Source: a virus (lineage: Duplodnaviria; Caudoviricetes). Taken from it: a stretch of DNA of 64,000 nt. The notes under the pieces were generated by a model. It did no database searches, was not told the origin of the DNA, and saw only the letters and a program-made list of their open reading frames with translations. Positions 35,800-44,936 of the stretch are shown here, piece after piece. Numbering within the stretch: the stretch's first letter is position 1; each line of letters begins with the position of its first letter. Position numbers and translations under genes: made by a program. The DNA is taken from IMG/VR virus record IMGVR_UViG_3300047160_007353, positions 11,335 through 75,334 of that record, one strand, 5' to 3'.

Positions 35800-36834
35800 T
35801 TGGAAACGCGATCCTACAAGCTCGCCGCCTGCCGGTTCCCCGGCAACTCCTCCGAACATCCCGCCTCTGCCGGCTGGTTCGCCACGACCTGGGCCAACAC
35901 ATGGATGAAGGATGACCGGATCTCGGACGTCATCCCCCTCCGTCTGTCCGACACGCCGATCTCGATGTCGAGAAACAACATTGTGTGGGCGGCCCTGGAG
36001 CACGGAGCCGACTACATCCTCATGCTCGACTCGGACATGAAGCCCGACTGCGAGCCAGACGGCAAACCGTTCTGGTCCAGCTCGTGGGACTTCATGATGG
36101 AATATCGAGCGCGCGAAGAGGCGTACGCCAGCAACATGAGGGCGGTTCCCTGGACCGACGACTCAGAATCGATCGAGACTTCGTGCAGGCGGCTCTATCC
36201 CCCGGCCACGATCGCCGCGCCGTATTGCGGCCCTCCGCCGTGGGAGGTCGTCTACATGATGAAATGGGTCCGCGACGAAACGAACTCCCCCACCGACCCC
36301 AGGCCCTACCACCTGGAAATGTTCGACCGCGACCACGCCGCCGACTTCACCGGGATCTTCGAGGTAGCCGCCATGGCCACCGGGCTGATCCTCTATGACG
36401 CCCGGGTCTTCAAGGAGCTTCCGCCGCCCTGGTTCTATTACGAATACGAAGACAAGTTCCACAAGAGGAAGGTGAGCACGGAGGACATCGTCCAGACCCG
36501 CAACGCCAGTCTTCTGGGCTTGCCCCAGTATTGCAACTGGGACTCGTGGGCTGCCCACATCAAGCTGAAGTCTGTGCGCAAGCCGCGCAAACTGGACGTT
36601 TCCGCCGTCCCGAACGCCTTCGCCGATGCGGTCCGCAAGGGAACCAGGGGCAATCACAAGGTCGTGATCGTTGGAGACAAAGAGGACCAGTTCGAGCGTC
36701 CCCGGATCGTACGGCCCGGCTACCCCGACTTCAGCCACCAGGATTCCGGTCTCACCCAGGAGCCCCCGCCAGCCTTCTTTTTCGGGGCCTCGACGGCTAT
36801 TCCTGGGCTAAAACTCCCTGAAACCTCAAATTGA
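35800..36834 (+). CDS. GT-A fold glycosyltransferase-like protein
   Basis: ADYILMLDSDM (DxD), ATGLILYDARVF...PPPWF, TEDI, DSWAAH. Confidence 0.65.
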   Translation: METRSYKLAACRFPGNSSEHPASAGWFATTWANTWMKDDRISDVIPLRLSDTPISMSRNNIVWAALEHGADYILMLDSDMKPDCEPDGKPFWSSSWDFMMEYRAREEAYASNMRAVPWTDDSESIETSCRRLYPPATIAAPYCGPPPWEVVYMMKWVRDETNSPTDPRPYHLEMFDRDHAADFTGIFEVAAMATGLILYDARVFKELPPPWFYYEYEDKFHKRKVSTEDIVQTRNASLLGLPQYCNWDSWAAHIKLKSVRKPRKLDVSAVPNAFADAVRKGTRGNHKVVIVGDKEDQFERPRIVRPGYPDFSHQDSGLTQEPPPAFFFGASTAIPGLKLPETSN

Positions 36835-36841
36835 GGCTTCA
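36819..36841. repeat. 23-bp dispersed palindrome, copy 5
   Basis: TGAAACCTC AAATT GAGGCTTCA; contains the GT stop (...PETSN*). Confidence 0.9.
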
Positions 36842-36881
36842 CGCGCAGCAGTGATCTTTACGATCACGCACAGCGGGGATC

Positions 36882-37190
36882 TTGACGATATGGACTAAGG
36901 TGCCTATGATTCAAATGTCCGAACGATGTTGCTTCGGACGAGCAAGCAAAGACGAGCACCAAATGGAGTCCTGGCGAATGCGTACGAAAGAGATCAAGCA
37001 CCACGGCTGCGGGGACCACGAATTCACAGACGAGGAGATGGACTTCCTTCGGGCGATCGAGAATTTCAAGCGGGAATCGGGAATCCGGTTTCCCACATGG
37101 ACGCAGGCGCTCCGATTGCTGAAGCGCCTAGGTTACCAGAGGGTCACTTTCAAGGGCGGCGACGTACCAGAGCTTCCCGAGTGCGCGTGA
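36882..37190 (+). CDS. small conserved hypothetical protein (recalled as Planctomycete-type)
   Basis: EFTDEEMDFLRAIENFKRESGIRFPTWTQALRLLKRLGY. Confidence 0.55.
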   Translation: MTIWTKVPMIQMSERCCFGRASKDEHQMESWRMRTKEIKHHGCGDHEFTDEEMDFLRAIENFKRESGIRFPTWTQALRLLKRLGYQRVTFKGGDVPELPECA

Positions 37191-37209
37191 CCTGAGAGCG
37201 ATGAAACAG

Positions 37210-37243
37210 AAAGAGCCAGGAGAAATCAGCCTCCTGGCTCTTT
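37210..37243. terminator. bidirectional terminator between converging units
   Basis: AAAGAGCCAGGAG/CTCCTGGCTCTTT perfect 13-bp stem. Confidence 0.75.
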
Positions 37244-37275
37244 CCTTGCGCTCGACAACAGAGCGTAACAAAAAA

Positions 37276-37512
37276 TCAGCTACCGGCGCCAGGCGAAACC
37301 GGGGGAGCCGGCGAAGAAGGCGCGGACGGTGCGGTTCCATCGATCTTGTGCAGGCCGGCGTCCACGGCCTCGACGATCTTCTCGCCCAACTCCACGTCCG
37401 TCTTGATCGGATCGGGGAGGAACGGGTCAACTTCCTTGGCAACCACGTCCACGTCCTCAAGGACGGTCTCGGTCACCTTCTCGATTTTCTTCAGAACGTC
37501 TGCGAAGCTCAT
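37276..37512 (-). CDS. small amphipathic hypothetical protein
   Basis: MSFADVLKKIEKVTETVLED...; ATGA overlap. Confidence 0.5.
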   Translation of the reverse strand: MSFADVLKKIEKVTETVLEDVDVVAKEVDPFLPDPIKTDVELGEKIVEAVDAGLHKIDGTAPSAPSSPAPPVSPGAGS

Positions 37513-37895
37513 GATCCGTACTCCAGTATGGTTTGAACCAGGTGGATTCCCGGCTGGACGCCAGGAACGTGGATGGTGATCACGCTGTCCGCCGGCAAGG
37601 GCGGTTGAGGAACAGGGGAGCTTGCACGCGGGAACGGCGAATCCAGGAACCACTGGGCCGTCCGGTCCGCGGGGGCCGGCACCTGGGCAGGATGCATGCA
37701 GTAAACCGCATGAACGCTCTGCGGCCTTACGTCGGTCTGGTTGGTGGACGGAGCCAGGACCACATGCACGTTGCCGCCGGGTGTCGTGGGGGTTGTATGG
37801 AAAACTACCCCGACGCGACCCGTGGTCGTGGGCTCGACTGCCCCGGGCTCGACTACTGATTCGATGGCGGGGCCGAGGACGTACTCGGTAGCCAT
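37509..37895 (-). CDS. hypothetical protein
   Basis: AAAGGA upstream; coupled ORF. Confidence 0.5.
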   Translation of the reverse strand: MATEYVLGPAIESVVEPGAVEPTTTGRVGVVFHTTPTTPGGNVHVVLAPSTNQTDVRPQSVHAVYCMHPAQVPAPADRTAQWFLDSPFPRASSPVPQPPLPADSVITIHVPGVQPGIHLVQTILEYGS

Positions 37896-38036
37896 GACAT
37901 ATCCTTTGGGTAGGTGGCTTTCTCGGTCTCGACGCAGGGGTCACAGACCCACCCGTCGTGTCTCAGCTCAAACCAGTGGGTGGGCCTGACCTGAAGGCAC
38001 CTCACGCAGATCTTGGGGCCGAGCCCCTCGACGCCG

Positions 38037-38249
38037 CTAGCGGGTGGGAAGTAGGTGGCCAACAAGCAGTCCAATCCAAAATACGAAGACCAGGGCCGCG
38101 GTCGGGTAACGCTCCCAGACCGACTGCCAGATCCGGCTGATGGTCGCGTTCGCCATGAAGGCGTGAAGGTAGACGTCCACGACCAAGACGAAAAGGCTGG
38201 AGACTATGCAGAGCAGGAACACGAGCCTCTCTTCGTTCGTGTTGAGCAT
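38037..38249 (-). CDS. small two-TM membrane protein (holin-like topology)
   Basis: LVFLLCIVSSLFVLVV and AALVFVFWIGLLVG. Confidence 0.5.
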   Translation of the reverse strand: MLNTNEERLVFLLCIVSSLFVLVVDVYLHAFMANATISRIWQSVWERYPTAALVFVFWIGLLVGHLLPTR

Positions 38250-38260
38250 AGCTCATCCTC

Positions 38261-39028
38261 CTACCAAGACGGCGGTCCGTGCTGATGGCCCTTCTTTGCC
38301 GGGGCAGGCCCGAATCTCTGGGTCGTCCTGCCGTTCCAGTTCGCGCCGCGGGGAGAAACCTGGCTCTCCAGATGGAGGCAGACCACCTCTGGCAGCAGGA
38401 TTCGCTTCCGGCGGTCCCATTGCAGGGAGAACTGGATGTCCGTGCGAGCCGCGTCCCCGTGCTCGATTGGGTACTTCCGGACGTGGTAGGCGTCCTGGAT
38501 GATCTGGGAGCCGTGGAAGAGCTGGAAAGCGCCGATGGGCGTGTAGCCGTGGACGCTTGACACGAGGCGGCTCATCATCGGGTACTCGGGGTGGAACCAG
38601 TGTCCCATCTCGTGGAGGTGGTTGTTCCATGCCCCGAGGTGCTTCTTGAGGGCCGTCCATTTGTCCCACCCCACGACCCTCTGCCGGTCCGCTCCGTAGA
38701 TGCAGGACGTGTCCAGATGAGCCCACTCCAGCATGTTGCGAAGCTGGCTCGGAAGGACGATATCCGCGTCGACGTGCAAGATCCAGTCCTGACCGCCGAT
38801 GGAATCCAGGACCCGGTTGATGAGCCGGGCCTTGTTGAACTTTCCGCCCCGCTTGTGGTCGTCCGACATCACATGACGGAGGTTGTGCTTGCGGCAGACC
38901 GCCCGAGTTTCCTCGTCGTCCTCGCTGGTGACGACCACCAGCTCGTCCACAAGCGGGAGATTGAACGGGAGCGTCTCCTTGAGGAAGTCGCCATAGCCGA
39001 CACAGACCGTGATGGCTTCCAGTTTCAT
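38261..39028 (-). CDS. glycosyltransferase family 2-like protein
   Basis: AITVCVGYGDFL...VVVTS, FNKARLIN, WILHVDADIVLP (DxD). Confidence 0.75.
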   Translation of the reverse strand: MKLEAITVCVGYGDFLKETLPFNLPLVDELVVVTSEDDEETRAVCRKHNLRHVMSDDHKRGGKFNKARLINRVLDSIGGQDWILHVDADIVLPSQLRNMLEWAHLDTSCIYGADRQRVVGWDKWTALKKHLGAWNNHLHEMGHWFHPEYPMMSRLVSSVHGYTPIGAFQLFHGSQIIQDAYHVRKYPIEHGDAARTDIQFSLQWDRRKRILLPEVVCLHLESQVSPRGANWNGRTTQRFGPAPAKKGHQHGPPSW

Positions 39029-39115
39029 TTCAGACTTTCACGCTGCAAGAGATACCGGCCTTTCGGAAACTGCACTCTTCGAGTTCACACGGCTCGAAGT
39101 GGATCAATGCCCCGC

Positions 39116-39448
39116 CTAGCTCTTTGCTGGGTCGGTTGCGGCAGGGGGCGAGGGAGGCACCGCCGCTTTGGAAAAAGCCGACAAGGTAGCCGCCGTAACC
39201 TGATCCTTGAACTGCTGAGCAAGCAACTTCAACGCCTCTTCCTTGGCCTCTTGTTCGGCAAACTGAAGAGCGGCAACGAAAGCCTGGTGGGCTTTGCTGG
39301 GTTGACTGGACACGAGAGTAGCTCCTTTGGCTTTGTTGGGGAGAATCGAGGCGCCGATCGAGAGCAGATCCCCGAGTCCCATCCATCCCTTCAGCCATAG
39401 GACCACGAGGAACCCGCTAGCACCGACCACAGCAAGTATAGGGTTCAT
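39116..39448 (-). CDS. membrane-anchored hypothetical protein
   Basis: N-terminal hydrophobic segment. Confidence 0.5.
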   Translation of the reverse strand: MNPILAVVGASGFLVVLWLKGWMGLGDLLSIGASILPNKAKGATLVSSQPSKAHQAFVAALQFAEQEAKEEALKLLAQQFKDQVTAATLSAFSKAAVPPSPPAATDPAKS

Positions 39449-40392
39449 AGTGGTTTCACCCTCTTCTTCGGAATCGCAATCGCTGAGGCCGCCAGGATGA
39501 CCAGGACGATCAACGCGTGCTTTCCGTCTACGCCGCCGGGAAGTTCTGGCTGAGAAGGCCCTGGGTCCTTCTTCCTGTCGTAGTTCGGGTCAGCCTTCCT
39601 CAGTGCGGTAGCCAGACCTTGCGGTCCTGACGAGTAATCGCTGGCTCTCCAGATCACTCGGCCTTGCGGGTCCTGGATCACGATGGCTGGCTTGTCCGTC
39701 GCTTCGTGGTAACCGAGGTTACCCGATACCTGCCAGTCCGTAGGGGCGAACTCGTTGAACCAAACCTTGTCCTTGAACTGAGCCAGGTCAGGGTGTTCCC
39801 TAAGGTCCTTCGCGACCGCATGCGTGTCGTCTGGATTTCCGATCGCCGTGACGAACAGCTTCTCTGATGGTTGCTCATGGTCCTGGACCTTGTCCACGAA
39901 ATCCACGGATTCACGTGAGTTCGCAGTGTAATGCGGACGCTTGCCTAGATGTCTCGGGTCCACGCCGAAGTTAATGGATCGATCTGGGCCTCTAGAAGCC
40001 CCGTCCTGGGGTTCTCCGGGCTCCGCCTTGGGTCTGGCCTCTCCTGAGTCTCGGGCCGCTCTGGCGGCCTCCAGGGCGGCCTTGTTGGCCGGCAGCTCGG
40101 GGTCCCAGTTAATTAGGCCGTCGGCTTGCTGGAAGCCCCACACTCTAAGGCTTAGTCCCTGGTATCGGGTTCCGTGCCATCCATACACGGGTCGCTGGTC
40201 TCTGGGGTAGAGGATCGGAGGTGGCTGAGCCGGGATATAGATCGGAGCCATCGGAGGAGCCATGGGCGCCATGGGTGCCATGGGCTGGAAACCACCCATT
40301 GGGAAACCGCCCATTCTGAATCCACCGGAAGGGAAGCAGGAACCGCCCGAGCACTGACCAAGTGCGGCGGCAAGAATCAAAGTCGTAAGCAT
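39445..40392 (-). CDS. secreted protein with C-terminal TM anchor
   Basis: MLTTLILAAALGQC leader; ALIVLVILAASAIAI then KKRVK. Confidence 0.55.
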   Translation of the reverse strand: MLTTLILAAALGQCSGGSCFPSGGFRMGGFPMGGFQPMAPMAPMAPPMAPIYIPAQPPPILYPRDQRPVYGWHGTRYQGLSLRVWGFQQADGLINWDPELPANKAALEAARAARDSGEARPKAEPGEPQDGASRGPDRSINFGVDPRHLGKRPHYTANSRESVDFVDKVQDHEQPSEKLFVTAIGNPDDTHAVAKDLREHPDLAQFKDKVWFNEFAPTDWQVSGNLGYHEATDKPAIVIQDPQGRVIWRASDYSSGPQGLATALRKADPNYDRKKDPGPSQPELPGGVDGKHALIVLVILAASAIAIPKKRVKPL

Positions 40393-40393
40393 G

Positions 40394-40993
40394 TCAATGA
40401 CCTCTGGGGATTGGAGGCGGAGGGCTCTCCAGGAACACGTAGGCCCATCCCTGGCCCCCGGGATGCTTCCATCGATCCAGAAATTCCGATCGCGTCATCC
40501 ACTCGTAAGTCCCCGGAAAGTTGTTGTCAATGATGCAGGCCCACTTCTGATCGATGTGAATCAGAATGACCATATGGTAAATGGTCTGGCCTTTCCCGTA
40601 TCGCTCTCCATAACCATAGGTCACACAAGCGGGGCTACGCGCAGCGATGGCGGTGTCTAAAATTGCCGGGTCTTTCCCCTCGTACTGAACATACTTCCGG
40701 TGGGGGGCATGCTCCTTGAGGACCTTGTCCACCTTTTGTGGCCAGCCGCCACCGTTAGGGATCTTATGGATGATATCCACAAGTTCCGTGATGTGGTGCC
40801 AGCGTGCAGCCATGTCCATGGAAGCGAACACACAGAGCCCTGAACCGTCCTTGGGAGCCCCGAAGTTCTTGACGTGCTGCCCCGGCGGCAAATCGATCGT
40901 CACTTCCGTGCCGTTATATGTGGAACCTCCAATGTCAGCCCAGGCTTTCGGCAGAACCAGGGCCAGAGCCAGGGCAAAAAGGGCTTTTTTCAT
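40394..40993 (-). CDS. secreted papain-like / C39-type cysteine peptidase
   Basis: Signal peptide; GLCVFAS (Cys), YHMV (His), IIDNN (Asp/Asn). Confidence 0.6.
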   Translation of the reverse strand: MKKALFALALALVLPKAWADIGGSTYNGTEVTIDLPPGQHVKNFGAPKDGSGLCVFASMDMAARWHHITELVDIIHKIPNGGGWPQKVDKVLKEHAPHRKYVQYEGKDPAILDTAIAARSPACVTYGYGERYGKGQTIYHMVILIHIDQKWACIIDNNFPGTYEWMTRSEFLDRWKHPGGQGWAYVFLESPPPPIPRGH

Positions 40994-40995
40994 GG

Positions 40996-41235
40996 TTATC
41001 CCTTCATTTTTTGAGCCACAACCAGAGCAATAAGCAGAGGAGCAAGAACCACGAGCACTCCAGCCAGAAGCCCGTCATAAAACCCCCGCTTATAGAGCGT
41101 ATCCAGGGCGTCCGCGAGAGGGCCAAAGAAGGCAATGACGCTAGTCACGGTTAAAACCACCCTTGTAAGCAAAATCCTGTAGTTTTTCTTTCGCGGTCGC
41201 GAGGGATCGGCGCAAGAGCATCTCGTCGAGTCCAT
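40996..41235 (-). CDS. small two-TM membrane protein (holin-like)
   Basis: Two hydrophobic stretches; true start probably near 41173. Confidence 0.45.
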   Translation of the reverse strand: MDSTRCSCADPSRPRKKNYRILLTRVVLTVTSVIAFFGPLADALDTLYKRGFYDGLLAGVLVVLAPLLIALVVAQKMKG

Positions 41236-41866
41236 ACTCGGCGGCCTTGAACTTCAAAGCCGTCTTTTCCTCGCCGTACATGCCGAGATTGCAACCCAGG
41301 GCGAGGCATTCGTGGAGGTCGAGCTTCTGAAGGAACTTCCCTATGACCTCGTTGGACTCCTCCGCCTCTTCCTTTCGAATCATCAGCTCCAGAGGGTCGA
41401 GTTCTGTCTCGTCCACATAGAGGCCGTTGATTTCCTCGTGGTCGCGGGCCGCACGGAGGAGGTTTTCCAGGTTCTCCCTGGCCACTTCGATGCCAGCCGC
41501 CGCGGCCTTGAAGGTCCCCGCGGTGTTCGCCTGGAGTTTGACGCATCGGGAGCGCTCGAACAGCTCCGCCATGCGGTTCCGGATGATGGTCTGAGCGAAG
41601 CAGAGGTAGCTCGACTTCGATGAGTCGTACTTGCGGTCCCGTTCGCTCAACTCGATCCACATTTCGAGGAGTAGGTCCTCGGGATCGAACGTGACTTTGC
41701 CCTCGGGAGAGAGCTGGCGATAGAAGCGAAGAGCCTCGCGGACCAGGAACCGGCCGATAGAGGCGATGCGACGTGAAAAGTCAGCAGCCTGCGCGTCCTG
41801 TCGAGACAGGGGATCGCACAGGCTCGCAAAGTATTCGAGCAGCGGACGTTCAGATTCTTTGGGCAT
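41141..41866 (-). CDS. divergent sigma-70-like transcription factor
   Basis: PEDLLLEMWIEL...KYDSSKSSYLCFAQTIIRN (region 2-like) and a C-terminal HTH-like segment. Confidence 0.55.
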   Translation of the reverse strand: MPKESERPLLEYFASLCDPLSRQDAQAADFSRRIASIGRFLVREALRFYRQLSPEGKVTFDPEDLLLEMWIELSERDRKYDSSKSSYLCFAQTIIRNRMAELFERSRCVKLQANTAGTFKAAAAGIEVARENLENLLRAARDHEEINGLYVDETELDPLELMIRKEEAEESNEVIGKFLQKLDLHECLALGCNLGMYGEEKTALKFKAAEYGLDEMLLRRSLATAKEKLQDFAYKGGFNRD

Positions 41867-41869
41867 TGG

Positions 41870-42352
41870 TCAGAAAAGGTCGAGAAACGGTTTGTCTGGG
41901 CAGATTATCCCTACATTTACTTTTACCCCAGGCTCAGAACCCCAGAGACGAATTATCTCTTGGGCGCAGACCTGGTTGTCGTTGAGGAAAATCGTGCCCT
42001 GGATGCCGTCTTCGACTGCTTTCAAGAGATTGGTGCTGTCGGGAAGTGCCTTGCCTAGCTTCTTCCAGCGAGAATGGCTGGGTATCCACTTGAAGCGCGG
42101 ATAGCAGAGCTGGCCGTGAAGTGATTCGTCGTCTGAGCGGATCGTGAACTGGCAATAGAGGTAGATCGGTTCAACGGACGGCTCGTAAGGCCATGCGTCC
42201 CTGGCGGCTTCGCCAACCTTCTCCTGCCATTCGATGAGTTCGGGCTTCTTCCGGGCACCCCCGAAGCGCCCCACCAGCGGAGCGCTCCAGGGTATCGGCG
42301 TGCCCACCGCTTCGAAGTGAATCGAGCGAGAAAGGTTGAGGCTCAGGGTCAT
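41870..42352 (-). CDS. rusA: RusA-family Holliday junction resolvase
   Basis: GTPIPW...PDSTNLLKAVEDGI...NDNQV. Confidence 0.75.
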   Translation of the reverse strand: MTLSLNLSRSIHFEAVGTPIPWSAPLVGRFGGARKKPELIEWQEKVGEAARDAWPYEPSVEPIYLYCQFTIRSDDESLHGQLCYPRFKWIPSHSRWKKLGKALPDSTNLLKAVEDGIQGTIFLNDNQVCAQEIIRLWGSEPGVKVNVGIICPDKPFLDLF

Positions 42353-43290
42353 GGATTTGAGGTTTCGCGTATCCCGCCGCCCAACATCCATCCGTTAGGA
42401 TACCGGGCGTCCAGCTTGGCCATGTTCGCGCGGGCACATTCAGCAAGAGATGTGTTAAACAGGGCGCACAGGGCATCCAGGGAGATCAGGACGAAGAAGA
42501 CGCTCTTGGCCTGGTCGTCAACGTTCTGGCCTTTGCGGTGCCATCGGATCTTCTTGAACCGGTTGGACAGCATTCCGGCGTTTGCCGACATCTCAATCAG
42601 GACATCCTGGCATTGATGTAGCCAACCGATAAGGTTCTGCTGGACCTCCTGGGGGGCGTCATCCAGCTTGGAAATCATCTGGGCCGGGATCTTCATCACG
42701 GCCATGTAAGACGCCGCGAATCCGGCGGCCTGCTCGTCCGGGATCATCCGGCCGATCTCGCCTCTCCCCCGCAGTATGGATTCGTCGATCGTGTCGGCGA
42801 CCCACGAGGCGGTGAAGATCACGTCACCAATCTCGTCCCGGATCTTTGTCAGGAACTCCGGGCTGACCAGGCCGCTGTCGGCTCCAAGGATGACGGTTGA
42901 CAGCTCGGCCACTTCGCCGACGCACTCGTGGATCGCCTGGTCCATCTCGTCGAGCCAGATCGGCGCACGAAGGGCGGATGGCTGGCACTTGGTTTCACGC
43001 CACTGGCAGTAGTCCTGCCAGGTCAACTTGGTTTCCTGTTTTGCTGGAGTTTCCGGCTCAGGAAAATCGACTGTTTTGGGAACGATGATTCCTCCCCTGG
43101 ATCGCTTCTCCTCTTCCGGGAAGAATCCGCCGTTCTCAGGCCCGTAGCCGCCAGGCGTACGAACCTGAGCAACCGGCCCCACGTTCACCGGCCGCTTGAT
43201 GCCGACCTTGCGGTCGCGGGACTGACGGCCATCCCTCAAGGGGATGCTGTCTGGAAGCAGTTCGGTCTTGTTGCCTTCTTCTCTCATCAT
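42349..43290 (-). CDS. MazG-like NTP pyrophosphohydrolase domain protein
   Basis: ECVGEVAEL...RDEIGDVIF...ANMAKLDARYPNG. Confidence 0.7.
   Translation of the reverse strand: MMREEGNKTELLPDSIPLRDGRQSRDRKVGIKRPVNVGPVAQVRTPGGYGPENGGFFPEEEKRSRGGIIVPKTVDFPEPETPAKQETKLTWQDYCQWRETKCQPSALRAPIWLDEMDQAIHECVGEVAELSTVILGADSGLVSPEFLTKIRDEIGDVIFTASWVADTIDESILRGRGEIGRMIPDEQAAGFAASYMAVMKIPAQMISKLDDAPQEVQQNLIGWLHQCQDVLIEMSANAGMLSNRFKKIRWHRKGQNVDDQAKSVFFVLISLDALCALFNTSLAECARANMAKLDARYPNGWMLGGGIRETSNP
42354..42367. repeat. half-site of the dispersed palindrome
   Basis: On the minus strand, CGAAACCTC AAATC then unrelated CATGA; at the MazG/RusA junction (...RETSNP*). Confidence 0.6.
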
Positions 43291-43799
43291 TTCTCCTTGA
43301 TCGTCAGGTGCTCGATCTTCTCCACGATCAAGCCAAACATCACGAGGTTCTTGTCTGCTGTCTTGCTGCCCATGTTCCTCACGTTGAGACCATAGGACAC
43401 CTTCACGTCCGGTCCAACACCGTCGAACCTGACGGCCTTGCACCCAACATAGAGCCGGATCGGTTGGGAGCTAATGGGGGCCTTTCCAGGATGGAGGTTC
43501 TCTGGCATCTTGTCGAAACCGTAGAGCTTGGTGGCCATCTTGATGATGGTGACCTCGTCACCCGTGAGTCTGCCGGTTCTCTGCACGACAACGTTTCGAG
43601 CGGGCTGCCCGGTCTGTGTCCTCCATGTGCACTTCCAGTTACCACTGGGCTCGATCTCGATCACGCGTCCGAGGCTCGGCGTCATCTTGTTGTCAACGAA
43701 CAAGTTGATCCGGGGATTGTAGTCCACTACTGCCTTGTGGTGGGGTTGGAGGGATGCCAGAAACAACGCAATGATGGTGCTCACTTTCCACTTCTCCAC
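43287..43799 (-). CDS. hypothetical exported protein
   Basis: N-terminal hydrophobic leader; ATGA-coupled. Confidence 0.5.
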   Translation of the reverse strand: MEKWKVSTIIALFLASLQPHHKAVVDYNPRINLFVDNKMTPSLGRVIEIEPSGNWKCTWRTQTGQPARNVVVQRTGRLTGDEVTIIKMATKLYGFDKMPENLHPGKAPISSQPIRLYVGCKAVRFDGVGPDVKVSYGLNVRNMGSKTADKNLVMFGLIVEKIEHLTIKEK

Positions 43800-44932
43800 T
43801 TCCTGATTCTAGCTGGAATCAGCTTGTCTACCAGTACCGGGTTCAGTTCACAACCAAGCCAGTCCCTTCCGTTCATCTCGGCCGCGAGAGCCGTGGTGCC
43901 GGCTCCCATGAATGGGTCGAACACAATCGGAGGAACATACAGAGGTGCACAGGGGCATCCTGTCCACCCCAATGTTTCTGTGTAGCAAACATGCCTCTGG
44001 GGGTCCTTCTTCGCCTTGCCGGCCGGGTCAACCTTCACGTCGAGGCCAGGGCGGGTCGGAACCCGGTTTCTTGCCAGAAACCTCGTGTAAGGTTTCCCGC
44101 AGCCCTCGCAGTTTCCCTTATCTGATGTCGAGCACTTGATCAGTCTGGAGGCCAGCTCCACCGGCATCGCTGCGAAGAAATCAGAGTCAACCTCCTTGCA
44201 GGTACATTCCGGGTATCGAGGCGCCTCGATCCAAATTAGCTGATCGTTTCCGTGCAGAGGACAGTCCGGATTCACTTCCATGTACTTGCCGCCGGTCTTG
44301 AAGTCCGACATCAGCCTCCTGCCGTTGATGCCAGTGGTCGGGATCGTCCAGACCGATCGCGGCTGAGAATAAAGAGTGCGGCCTTCTTCGTGCTGGTACT
44401 TCGACTTCTCCTGTATCGCGTACCCGTCGTAGTAGTGGTCGGCGGTCTTGGTGAACATGAAGACCGACTCGTGTGAATAAATCGGATGGCGCCCGGAGAA
44501 GTGCGGATTCGAGTTTGGTTTGTTCCACACTAGCTCTACGACGAGACGCCACCCGCATGACCGTACGACAGAAGCGAGACGATGCGGCACATCGAGACAC
44601 TCGCCTTCCCGACTGTCGGACGGGCATAGCTTCTTGTTCTTGCTGTTACACCAGGTGTCCCCGATGTTCAGCCAGAACGTCCCCGTGGGTTTTGTGATCT
44701 TGAAAATACTCTTGGCCAGAACCTCCATCTCCAGGAGGTAATCCGCCAGTCGCCGACCTCCGACCTCCTTGCTCTTCAAGGGACTGTCTTCAGGCAGGTA
44801 AGACCTGAGGCCCCAGTACGGAGGAGAGGTTACGGTTGCATCCACGAACTCGGCAAAGCCTGCCTTCTCCCAGCTCCAAAGCAAGGATAGGCAGTCCCCG
44901 TGATACACTTTGCCGAGTTCGGGATGGTTCAA
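43781..44932 (-). CDS. DNA N4/N6 methyltransferase (beta class) with Cys-rich insertion
   Basis: HGDCL, TSPPYWGL, LNIGD, WNKPN, FDPFMGAGTT; TTG start after GGAGG. Confidence 0.85.
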   Translation of the reverse strand: MNHPELGKVYHGDCLSLLWSWEKAGFAEFVDATVTSPPYWGLRSYLPEDSPLKSKEVGGRRLADYLLEMEVLAKSIFKITKPTGTFWLNIGDTWCNSKNKKLCPSDSREGECLDVPHRLASVVRSCGWRLVVELVWNKPNSNPHFSGRHPIYSHESVFMFTKTADHYYDGYAIQEKSKYQHEEGRTLYSQPRSVWTIPTTGINGRRLMSDFKTGGKYMEVNPDCPLHGNDQLIWIEAPRYPECTCKEVDSDFFAAMPVELASRLIKCSTSDKGNCEGCGKPYTRFLARNRVPTRPGLDVKVDPAGKAKKDPQRHVCYTETLGWTGCPCAPLYVPPIVFDPFMGAGTTALAAEMNGRDWLGCELNPVLVDKLIPARIRKWRSGK

Positions 44933-44936
44933 CGGA

